In this document: positions 51,651-61,500 of the stretch, in pieces
Position numbering within the stretch: the stretch's first letter is position 1
Layout of the letters: each line of letters starts with the position of its first letter
Origin: Ginglymostoma cirratum
Lineage: Eukaryota
Assembly (NCBI GenBank): GCA_024137785.1
Contig: JAHRHZ010000046.1
Location: 31,286,320 to 31,350,319, forward strand
DNA: 64,000 nt
Reading direction: 5' to 3'
Notes under the pieces: model-generated
The model's input: only the letters and a program-made list of their open reading frames with translations
Told to the model about the DNA's origin: nothing
Database searches by the model: none
Made by a program: the position numbers and the translations under genes

Positions 51651-54600
51651 AAATGCCTCCAATATTAAAATCTCATTCTTGTACTCAAATCCCCCTTGAT
51701 CTTACGCATCTCAAACACCATCCAGTCTTGAACTCTCTGTTCCGCTGACTCTAGATGCCTGTGCATCCCATCCCTACCATTTACTGTTATTCTTTCAGTC
51801 ATCCAAATCTATGACAATCCCTCTTTCCAGTTCTCCAATTTTCTTTCTTCCATTAAGATCATCCTCAAAACCTACTTATTTTCTGAAGCTTTTACTAATT
51901 CCAACTAAAATCTTTTTTTTTGGATATGAGTCTATGCTTCTCTAACTGCACCCCTGCTAAGTGGAACATTTCCTAGGCTTACTGCACTGTACAGTGAAAG
52001 TCATTAAAATCTGTCAACTGTTCATGACATTTTACAGAAGCATTTTAGATGGAAGAAGTGGTTGGGCAGCATAGTTCTTAAGTTCAGTGAAGATGCTGGA
52101 CATTAGGAAATGTCTTTTGCTACAAAGATAAATGGAGGAAAGAATTTTGATTAACTACACAATGGGTAATTTATCACAAGCATGTGAAAGTAGCTTTAAT
52201 GATGGCATTTAAAGATTTGCAAGATTAAATATAGGACAAACACTGCACAGCAATCCCAGTTTGAAATTCAACAAACCATAAAGTACACTAAATTCTAAAT
52301 GTTCCTTTGGAATGTCATATATTTCCTTGAGTGAGAATGAGGTGATTTCAATTTCTTTCGGTTTCATCATTCATAAGTTATTGAATTAGACTCATTGGTG
52401 AAAACAAATACCTCATTGCAAGATGTAACAAATGATTATCTGCCAGAGAGATATTCTAAACACAATCTCACAAGTCCCCTTGAACTTTCATTCTGAGACA
52501 TCCAATTGATTGTTAATAAGTGTATTTCAGCATACTCTGCACTGAAAATCCAGATTCAAAGCATTTGGGATGCAGATTTCGTTAGGCCTATTAGGTCAAA
52601 TTAATGATGGCTGAAAAGGAGAGACATTCACTATTTAATTAAACCTCAGCTGATAAATAATATTGTTCAGATAAGAGTGCATAATTTGCAGCATTATAAT
52701 GAGAAGAAAACAAAAATAGTTAAATGTACTTAATTAAAAATGAAGGAAGATCATTTCATTTATAATAATAGGTTTAGAACTGCTGAATCAGGTATTGAAC
52801 AAAAGTCTGCAAAGTTAGATGAAAAATATGTATGCCATGGTGAAAGATTTCTGTAGATGAAGTTGACTCTTATGAGCATCACAATAGCTCAATATCCTGT
52901 ACTAAGAAAGCTTAACTTGAATGCAAAGACAGATTGTAAAGAGCTGCTAAGTTGTCACTGAGGAGTTCACATATGCATGCACAAAGTCAGCCACATCAGT
53001 TATCAATTATCAGAAACATAGTGTGTCAATTCTCCTACCACATCCTGGAACATTTTACAGCCCAGCTACTCAACAATCACCCAATAATATTCCAGCTGAT
53101 GACATTACAGAAGTACATAAAGTCCAGAAAGACCAATTCCTTCAGTTTTATCTCCTACATAAAAGGACTAGTTAACTGTACTAAACAAAAAGCTATCATT
53201 TCCGATCATTTAATCAAAATATTTTAAGATTTGTACAAATGAACTTTCAAAATTTCTGAAACCGAGTAGATGATTTATGAGTAAGTAACGTCCTCAAGTA
53301 AAACTTAGTTCAATAACCTCATTCTGCAGCCTCTGAAAGATAGTATCTACTAACACTACCACTTTTATTTATAATGTCATATATATATACAACAGCGAGC
53401 ATTAAAATACTTTCCTAAATCGTTCGTTGGAAAACCTGCAGATGGTGTTGAACTCAACCTGGCGCACAGTTTATGCATTTTTTGATGCTGCCGATTCTCC
53501 GTGATTGCTCGAGTTCCTTTAATGCTGCTCGAAAATAAATGACAGACTGGGACAAGGTAAGTTAGTCGCTAAACTCTGTGAATGGCTTAACCCAGTGAAT
53601 ACTGAATCACTAACAGCCTTCAGAACCACCGGAAAGTCTCTTCCGGCGTTTTCGGGACGGGTCACATTTGCTAATCTGCAAACCACCTTTAACTTCTGTA
53701 TCGATGAATAGTGAGAATGATGATCGCCTCCAAAATGAGTTCTGCCTTGAATACCCGCAGAACGGGGCGTGCAAAATGTCAACGAGCAAACACCAGTGTT
53801 TCCTTTACAGACGCTTTTGTCGAATGGGCTTTCCAAACAAACGTATTCTACCTGGATTCTCAACAAAACGGGCCACGCACTTCGTTCAATCGTCTCAGAC
53901 TGATGTACAAACTTGGAACTTAACAGCTGGAGAGATCGTCTGGTTACATGGTTCCGTGTGCAAACAGTGAAAGGAGATTGACTTCAAAAGGTTCAAAACC
54001 TCTGCGCGAATCACTATAAGACAATAATTATATCGCCCCTTTTTAGGACCCATTGCTAGCCCGAGTTAACTTAGTCATTTTTATTCTGATAAACGTTTAG
54101 TCTGCTGTTTGCTTCAAAGTTTCCACTGAGCTGAAGGGTCACCAGGCTCATGCTGAGATCTCCGTCTTGGTTTCAGATGAATGCAAAGTCTCAAACCCAC
54201 CCAGGGGCACACACACTCGCAGCCTCTCTCATGTCTCACCCGAGCAGCGGGAAATCCGTCCCCGTCTCTCCTTTACAGACTTGAGCCGCGGGCAGCTGTG
54301 GGTCGGCCAATGTAGCCCCCGTTGGAAAGTTCGGAGAAGTTCAGAGGCAGGTGGGAGAGAGCCCCTTGGTAGCGGGACTTTCAGCGCTGCAGCCCGGGCT
54401 CTTTACACGGAGCTCCAGCGCCCTCCACTGAACCTGCAACTCCATTCCCAGGGACAGTTCTCCTCATTCCACCGCCCCCGCCCCCTCCTCCCCGCTGTTT
54501 GCACACTCACCAATTCATACGACTGCACTCTTGCCTCCTCTTAAATATACGTCCACTTAAAATCAATTCACAAAAAAAGTGTCAAGTCAAATAAATTGCA

Positions 54601-54765
54601 ACATTCATAAGGAGAGAGAATCAGTGAGGATTTCGGGGTTTTTTTTGTTGCTCTGTTTGTAAAAGGACGGCGTACCGTTCCTAGTTTGCCCCGTCTCGCC
54701 GCAAATCGAACAGTTTGCATTTGTTTGCAGAAAGGAAAACAATTCAGAAACAAGAGGATGTTTAC

Positions 54766-54856
54766 CTTCTTTCAGGAGGTGTGAATGGATCACGAATATG
54801 AGGACACAGCAGATAGCTGTTCCAGTCAAAGCCCACACAGCTTTCAGGAGCTGCAT
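54766..54856 (-). CDS. TAFA5: TAFA5 (FAM19A5) first coding exon of the MQLLKA-type isoform (signal/hydrophobic N-terminus)
   Basis: ATG at 54856-54854 reads MQLLKAVWALTGTAICCVLIFVIHSHLLKE-G, then a phase-1 donor AAG|GTAAAC at 54766/54765. From memory this closely matches the human TAFA5 isoform N-terminus MQLLKALWALAGAALCCFLVLVIHAQFLKEG, which also breaks at G|QLAAGTC. Downstream exons were not found in the window. Confidence 0.93.
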
Positions 54857-54879
54857 GCTGAGAATCGCAGGCAGCAGCG

Positions 54880-54903
54880 TCAGCCTCCCCGACAAGGTAC
54901 CAT
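54880..54903 (-). other. Short upstream ORF (MVPCRGG*) ending 23 nt before the TAFA5 ATG
   Basis: tccATGG at 54903, out of frame with the main ATG; stop TGA at 54882-54880. Confidence 0.5.
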
Positions 54904-55042
54904 GGAGAAAGAGGCTTCCCCCTGCTGAAACTCACACACACAGACCCTGCTGGGACCGAGAACTGTGGCCTTCACTGTGGGGCCGGGGTGTCGCTGCCCG
55001 GATCCGCACTATCCATTCAGCCGCTGCTTTCACTGTTCACTT

Positions 55043-55079
55043 TGTGTGTATGTGTGAGAGAGAGAGAGATAGAGAGAGA
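55043..55079. repeat. (TG)n(GA)n compound microsatellite
   Basis: tgtgtgtatgtgtgagagagagagagatagagagaga. Confidence 0.85.
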
Positions 55080-55859
55080 CTGACCAGCCAGACCTCCCAC
55101 AACCCTCTCCTGGGTCACTGAGTTAAAAAGAAGCAGGTCCAGTTTGTTTGGATGTGCCTGGGGAGACGCAGGTTCCTATCTCGGTGCCTTTACTTCAGTT
55201 CAGTGAAAGAGGGCCCGCTCCATCTCCGCCCCGCACTCTGTCTGAGCAGGAGAGCGCCGCTCTCCACCAGCTCCCACTCACCGCCTCTTCTCCACACTTT
55301 TTTATCCCGGGGGCTGCTGCAGAGACGACAGCTCATGGTCTCGGGGTGCACGGTCACTCCTGTTCTCCCCTCCCTTTCTTGACACACAAACCACCCAAAA
55401 AAAATATATATACACCCCTTCCCCTCCCAGTCCCACCCCGGATCGTCCTCACTCGCCACTCCCAGCAGTGAAAAGCAGTCAGTTCAGAAGCCCTGCCTCC
55501 CCTCCCTCTCTCTGTGGCTCAGACAGGAGTCTGTTCACTTCAGTCGCGATCCTGCTCCACCGATGGATAGTGCCTGGGGCCGGGAAGCTGCTGCTTTCTG
55601 TATCTTCATTTTATTCATACCCATTCCAAGGAGCGAGGCAACATCTTCCAGCATTGGGAGCTGCTCTCAGTCACTCTCCTCCGTCCAGAGCTTTTCAATA
55701 CGTTTTTCATGCACGATCTCAGCTTGTTAATGTAGCTGTGTTTGTTTCAAGTGAATTTCTCCACTGCAATCCGCCACCTTCCTCTCACTGGCAGCAAGCT
55801 CACTTCAAGTCTGCCCCGTCTCAGGGAACCGACTGCTCCTCCCTCCCCAGTCAGGACCA

Positions 55860-55985
55860 GCCTCCTTCTCTCTCTCTCACCCGGGCTGCATTTATACCGA
55901 AACCCCAGCTCCTGATCCCGCTGGTAGGTGCCCACTCCTCCCCCGATTGGAAAACGGGAAGGTAAATCCTCTCCTGACGTCAGGC
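55860..55985 (-). promoter_or_regulatory. Core promoter of this TAFA5 first exon: CRE, CCAAT, GC-box-like element, TATA
   Basis: In minus-strand order: TGACGTCA 55975-55982, CCAAT 55946-55950, GGGGAGGAG ~55935-55943, TATAAA 55891-55896. Order and spacing are canonical and predict a TSS near 55862-55866, pointing toward the exon. Confidence 0.7.
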
Positions 55986-56548
55986 GGAACACATCTGGAA
56001 TAAGAACTGGGCTCTGGAGTGTGTCCGGGCAGAGAACGCTCTCAGTCTGCCAACATCATGTCAACTGTGTCTAGCAGTGGCTCAGCTTCGTTTAGATCGA
56101 TAACTGTATCAGCTACAGGGGACCGCCTGGGTGTCAGTCATACCGTCACTGCACCAGCACTGTAGTGGCAAGCCTTGAAGTTAAATCATATCCATGTTTC
56201 TTAAGGGCGGAAAATCGAGCAAATAAAAACTGAACTCTATTCGCCAGTGTTGCAGATAGCAGTGAGTTCAATTCGCTGCTTCAAGTGGCGTGGATACAAC
56301 AATCCCAGTGTGGAACTATACATCCCGGTTTATCCAGTTTACCGAGAACCTCATGTAACTAACTCTGTATCTTTCCCCGCCCCGATACCGCAGGAAAGAA
56401 TGTGATACTTTGAATCGTGGCCCATTACAGGCCAATGCCAGATGGGTTGTAACCGTTTAGGTTCACTTTGCACAGGCCAGTGTACACGGTCTAAATCAGA
56501 TAACTTCAGAGGCAAGGGTCTATCCATGACAAACATAAAGATTTATTT

Positions 56549-56720
56549 GTTAACGTTTCGGGTCCGGTGACCCTTCCTCACAACAGGTTCTGAGAAAGGG
56601 TCACCAGACCCGAAACGTTAACTCTGTTTTTCCTTCCAGGTGCTGCCAGACCTGCTGAGCTTTTCCAGCAACTTCTGTTTTTGTTCCTGATTCACTGCAT
56701 CCGCTGTTCTTTCGGTTTGT
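56549..56720. mobile_element. Family B hammerhead fold-back element with 14-bp TSD
   Basis: gttaacgtttcgggtccggtgacccttcctca is inverted relative to tgagaaagggtcaccagacccgaaacgttaac. TSD ataaagatttattt (56535-56548) / ataaagatttgttt (56721-56734). Confidence 0.92.
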
Positions 56721-57210
56721 ATAAAGATTTGTTTTTTGTTTTATTATTCCAGCCAATATCTTGCGTCCAACAATATATATCTGCTTTTGATTACAGGATG
56801 GCATTAACGAGTTCAAGTAAAATAAAGTATAAAACATCTATTTTAAGCTTTTAAATGCACTTACAGATGGGAGAACTGATGATGTCTGTTGGAGTGAAAC
56901 CTTCAGACTATCAAATCAATAAACCAAGAGATCGAATTACATGCAGTGTGACAGCCAGAATGAACAGCCCGGCATTTTGTACCCTGCAACAGGAGACAGA
57001 AAGCTGACCGTTAAATGTTCTAATCAGCTTGAAGTCCTGCAATCTGCTTTTGTCTGGAATACTCATTATAAACATCAGCAAGGAGGTCAAATCATGTGCT
57101 GAGAATGGTTCTTGCACTTTTGCAATGTTATCCACTCTGTCAAATCCAGTGATCACACGGGAGGGGTGCTTTTTGAACGTCTGGCAGTGCCATTTTTACA
57201 CTCGCAGTTG

Positions 57211-57231
57211 GGCGCTGTCCATAGTACTGGC
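57211..57231 (-). promoter_or_regulatory. Candidate RE1/NRSE (REST-binding) element
   Basis: Minus strand GCCAGTACTATGGACAGCGCC vs consensus TTCAGCACCACGGACAGCGCC. Right half-site is perfect, spacer is the canonical 2 nt, left half is degenerate. Lies ~1.35 kb upstream of the predicted TSS. Confidence 0.55.
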
Positions 57232-57330
57232 CCAAAAAGCGATAGATGAAATTGACAGCCTTACATAGAAAGGTTCGACTGGTAGAATGGAAATATCAGA
57301 CCAGTTCGATAAAGTTGCAAGCACAACAGT

Positions 57331-57483
57331 AATGTTGAAGATGCTGCAAATCTGGAAACACAGAAAATACTGGAAAAACTGAGCAAGTCAGGTAACTTCT
57401 GAGAAGAGAAGTGAACATTTCAGATGTTTCTCTCTCCTCAGATGCTACCTGATCTGGACTTGGAGCATTTTCTGTTACTTCAG
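57331..57483. mobile_element. Highly decayed fold-back element (family B-related)
   Basis: acagaaaatactggaaaaactgagcaagtcaggtaacttctgagaagaga is inverted relative to tctctcctcagatgctacctgatctg...agcattttctgt. Confidence 0.6.
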
Positions 57484-57494
57484 CACGTTGCATA

Positions 57495-57950
57495 AAAAAA
57501 GCTTTGCATTTATTCACCTTTCAAAACTTCACAATCAACCAAATACCTAAAAGGATCATGAATGGAAACCAATTTGCAAAAAAAAAATCCCTTAAGCAGC
57601 AGTGAAATGAACAACCAGATAATTTGTTTCAATAATATTGGTTGAGGGAGAAAAATTAGAAAATATTGGCCTGGGATTGTTATAATAATTTTACAAGTTT
57701 AATTGTACAACTCTTTAAAAAAATAATTTCAAGGATTTTGGCATTATGGGCAAGATCAATTTTTTTTTTCTTTGTTGCCTGTGAAAAGGTAGGGTGGACC
57801 GTTTAATGAACTACTGCAAGGAGCCCCACTCTTTTTTAAACCGGATGACAATTGTTTAACATATCATCCAAGAAAAATCACCTTTGATAGTGCAGCACTA
57901 TCTTGGTCCTGCACTCCTAGTCTAAATTATCTACCCAGCTCTTTGAAAGA
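57495..57950 (-). mobile_element. Deu-domain SINE, decayed; a related 3' fragment lies at ~11965-12120
   Basis: accagataatttgtttc..attggttgaggga, gtttaacatatcatccaag..cacctttgatagtgcagcact; similar to 46030-46230. Confidence 0.55.
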
Positions 57951-58149
57951 TAAACCCAATTACACATTGTGTTCACTAATATATCAAAGCCTGTTTGAGT
58001 TAATGCTTACTCTATTATGAAAATAATCTGAGAAGATTGTATTGTTAAAACCTTTGTATCTATACATAGATTATTCTATCAGGGCTCCTTCTCTCCTTGG
58101 TAACTTACAGGGACAGGTACCCAGGATATCTATTGGCCCATCAGCATGG

Positions 58150-59120
58150 CATAGAGTCATCATGCATTTAAGGATCTACCAGCACTGACGTATGCACCAT
58201 CTTACGTTAATGAGCTTCTGGCATTGATCAAAAGGTCAACAACATTATACCTTTCATAATTTTCATCACGTAGCAGAAAAGGTTCATATTGCCCAAGAAA
58301 CTGCAGAGTTAGGAGAGGTGTGCAAACATACGAGAACAACCAAAGAGGGGGAGGCTATGGAGATTGCCAGGGGATTTTTAGGATCAAGTTCAGGAAGGCA
58401 AAGTGGAAAGAGTATTAAAGTATTGCAAGCTGGAGATGCAGTGCCTCTCCTTGTCTGACAAAACGATGAAGACTCTGCTGCATATGAAATCTCAGCACTC
58501 CAAGGTTAGTTCTCGAGGTCTTTCTTCTGACTTGGACATTGAGAGACATAATACTATCGTAACACAGGGACAAGTGCTAGAAACAGACAAACACCTCAAG
58601 GAACCACCACGTCTTACAAGTATGAGAACAATACAAGAAGTAAGAGGCAAGAGGCAAAGGGTAGGCCCCCTCAGAGATGGAGGACAGCACTCCCATGCTC
58701 AGCTGACCCATTTGCAGGGTCACAGGAAGCATAGTAAAAGAGACAAGAAATGTGTTCCATGTTCCCATATAGCAGGAATTCCCAGCGATAGGTCATGGGC
58801 TGAGAATAGAGGAATCCATTCAGCTTATAGACATTATATTGACTCATGATTTTTAACACACTCTCCATTGAGAAACTGTCCAAGTTCATGGAGACCTATG
58901 TGCAATAGCACTCCAAGTGGATACAGGAGCAAAGCAGTGATCCACACAGAATGCTGCCATATGTTACAACATTGACTGATCAGTAAGACAGATGGCACAG
59001 AGATGCTTAGAGCTGCAGTTACAGCAGAGCTGGTGATCCCCTCCAGTTAGCCTAGAGCTCCAGCAGGTGTTGAGGGAACTGGCAATAGGGAAAAACCTAC
59101 TTGGTTTCATTCTCAGTAAT
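58150..59120 (+). mobile_element. Possible Harbinger Myb/SANT-like accessory ORF relic
   Basis: Decayed coding-like stretch (EKVHIAQETAELG...EAMEIA) converging on the transposase relic, as expected for PIF/Harbinger. Weak recognition. Confidence 0.35.
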
Positions 59121-59199
59121 CTACCTGTCCCGGTGCGTCCGATCATGATGGTATTGGTGGAGTGACTGCTGCACAGTCTTCGTAGAGAAAAGTCCTATC

Positions 59200-59830
59200 T
59201 TCACATTGAAAATGCTCTCTATTGTGTTTTGCAGCACTACCACCACGCTAAATGGGATATATTTACACTGTGGCAACAAAAAGTCAGAGACCAAGGATTT
59301 TGTGGCAATTAAGTCACCTCCTGTCTCCCCAATGTCTGTTGAACACCTCCAAGACAGAGTGAAAGAATACTTTCTTCTTATTTGTGTGTGTACTGCTCTA
59401 TCAACACTCAAGAAGCTCAGTACCATCTAAGACAAAGCATTTCACTTAAATAGCAGGTGATCTACCACCTTCAATTCTTACTTTGTTCACTACTTATACA
59501 CAATGGCAGCTATCTTTTCATCAACAAAATACAATATAGCAAATCACTGAAGTCCCTTCAACAACACCTTCCAAACCCATGGCCTTTACCATGTAGAAGG
59601 AATGGGGCAGTTGATGAAGGCAGTAGAAAACCATTACCTTAAAATACCTCTCAGAGTCACACAACCTCTGACTTGAAACTATATCACCATTCCATTAATG
59701 TTGCTGGTTCAAAATCCTAGAACTTCCTTCCTGAAGCACTTTGAGTGTCCACACCCCAAGGACTGTAGCAGCTCAGAAACGCGGCTCCCACAAACCCCTC
59801 AGGTGTAATTAAGGGTAGATGATAAGCACT
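59200..59830 (+). mobile_element. Old CR1/L2-group LINE 3' fragment; related pieces at ~23930-24170 (+) and ~29680-29810 (-)
   Basis: ...TLKKLSTI*DKA C-terminal remnant. The 3' segment ttcaacaacaccttccaaaccc...gttgctggttcaaaatcctagaac recurs at 23945-24100. Confidence 0.6.
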
Positions 59831-60459
59831 AGATCACATCATATTAACAAGTAAGAAAAAGCCATCCAGAGTGCAAGCCAAAGGATGACGTATTCAGCGA
59901 GGATAATGATGGGAGTATAAGCCCACAGGAACACTGTTGACCTCTGAAAGGCCATTTGTACAGCAGAGATTGCTCTATATTGACACAAATACAGTAGGCT
60001 CTCAACCTGACAACACTACCATTGCCACGGTGGCAGACTGCCCTCAGAATCTCAGGTGCTAACAGAAATAGAAGAGGCTGTAAGCAGATTACCACATAGA
60101 ATTAGCCGAGAGCAGAGATTATTACATCAGGCTGAGACTTTTTAAGGTACTTGTGTACTTTTTTCTGTTCCTTCACACAATGTAAATGACATCACATGAT
60201 GTCAGATGGATGAGCTTTCACACTTTAATGGCAATACCGCAAAAGAAGGGAAGTGGGGAAGAGGAGCAACAATGCTTAAAGAGGGTCAGTGAAACCACTG
60301 AACTAACATTTTTCATCCAGTGGCTGTAAGAATGGATCTATTCCAGGCTGTGTTTTCAAAGAAAATGCTCTCACAGACAGCTCAAAGTGAATTCCAGACC
60401 ATGCAGTCCTCCAGATTTCTAAGAGATCAACTGAAATGCTCCTGTATCGGATGATCCTT

Positions 60460-60800
60460 GACGTTGACAGCATCTTGAAGAGATCCTCAAGTCTTCTGCT
60501 GGCCTTTGCCATCATCATCCGTAGTTAAGACACATCTGATATTTTGCATCTTCCTTGTCCACTTCCATGCCCTGGTCCTCCACTTTCTCCACTGTGCTGC
60601 TGCCTTCTGAAGTCTCACTCTCTTCAAGGTCGGCATATTTCTGAGGGGCCATATTATGGGGAATACAGTAGCCCACCAAAATGTCAGGAAGTAGTTCAGG
60701 AGAGTACTGCGGGATCATCACCAGAGTGGTCCAGGCATTGGCACTGAAGCCTCAGAAGGCCAATGGCTAACTCAATGGTAGTCTTTGCGAGAAAATGGCC
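60460..60800 (-). mobile_element. PIF/Harbinger transposase C-terminal relic
   Basis: Joining shifted frames gives AIGLLRLQCQCLDHSG..PQYSPE..DILVGYCIPHNMA plus an acidic tail, matching the HARBI1-like IGLLKxRFRCLDxSGGxLQYSP..CCxLHN motif. Confidence 0.75.
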
Positions 60801-61278
60801 TCAGTTATAGTTCTATGGCCCTTTTTCAGGGATATAAATAGGTAAGTAACTGTTGCATCATGCGTTAGCTTTTGTCCCTTAGAATCCATCCACAGAATCA
60901 CGGGGTAGGATGAAGAGATACAACTGTATGGACAGGTGAAGGATGAAAGAGTCAAAGCAACTGCCTGGGAAGTGATACTGTACAACTCATGCACCCTAAC
61001 AAACTCCGAAACTTGCCCTCTGCAAGCTCTGAACAAGTTCTCTAATTTACTTATAAAAGTTGCAGAATCGGGTGGATTACTGGGCCCTAATTTTCCCCAT
61101 CCAGCTTAAATTTGGAAGAGGCAGGAATGGTGATTAAAAAAAAAACAGGCATCCCGACTGGCAGCTTTTATGGTCCCACTCACCTCTGTTTGCTTCCTTC
61201 GTGGGATCTAATAATCCTGTCCAGTCTTCAAGGTATGAACTTGATCTTCTATGGTGACTGATATTTGACTGATTTTGA

Positions 61279-61500
61279 TAAAGAGGATAGCAAGAACTGC
61301 AGATGCTGGAGTCAGAGTCGATACAGTGTGGAGCCGGAGGAACACAGCAGGTCAGACAGCATCAGAGGAGCAAGAGAGTTGACGTTTTGGGCCTAAACCC
61401 TTCATCAGGTCCCGATGAAAGGTCTAAGCCTTAAACATCAACTCTTCTAGTCCTCTAATGCTGCCTGACCTGCTGTGTTCCTCCAGCTCCACATTGTATC
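61279..61500. mobile_element. Hammerhead fold-back element (family A-related) with 12-bp TSD
   Basis: Inverted arms centred on cccttcatcaggtcccgatgaaagg. TSD gactgattttga at 61267-61278 and 61501-61512. Confidence 0.9.

Larger units (their letters stand above)
53450..56450. promoter_or_regulatory. CpG-island-like region around the TAFA5 first exon
   Basis: GC content and CpG frequency are visibly higher than in the AT-rich, CpG-depleted surroundings; no recognisable TE. Edges estimated by eye. Confidence 0.75.

Noticed and set aside
53519-55992. Cluster of 80-165 aa ORFs around the CpG-rich region
   Set aside because: Long ORFs are expected in GC-rich, stop-poor sequence and no domain was recognised. 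Only 54766-54856 is supported.
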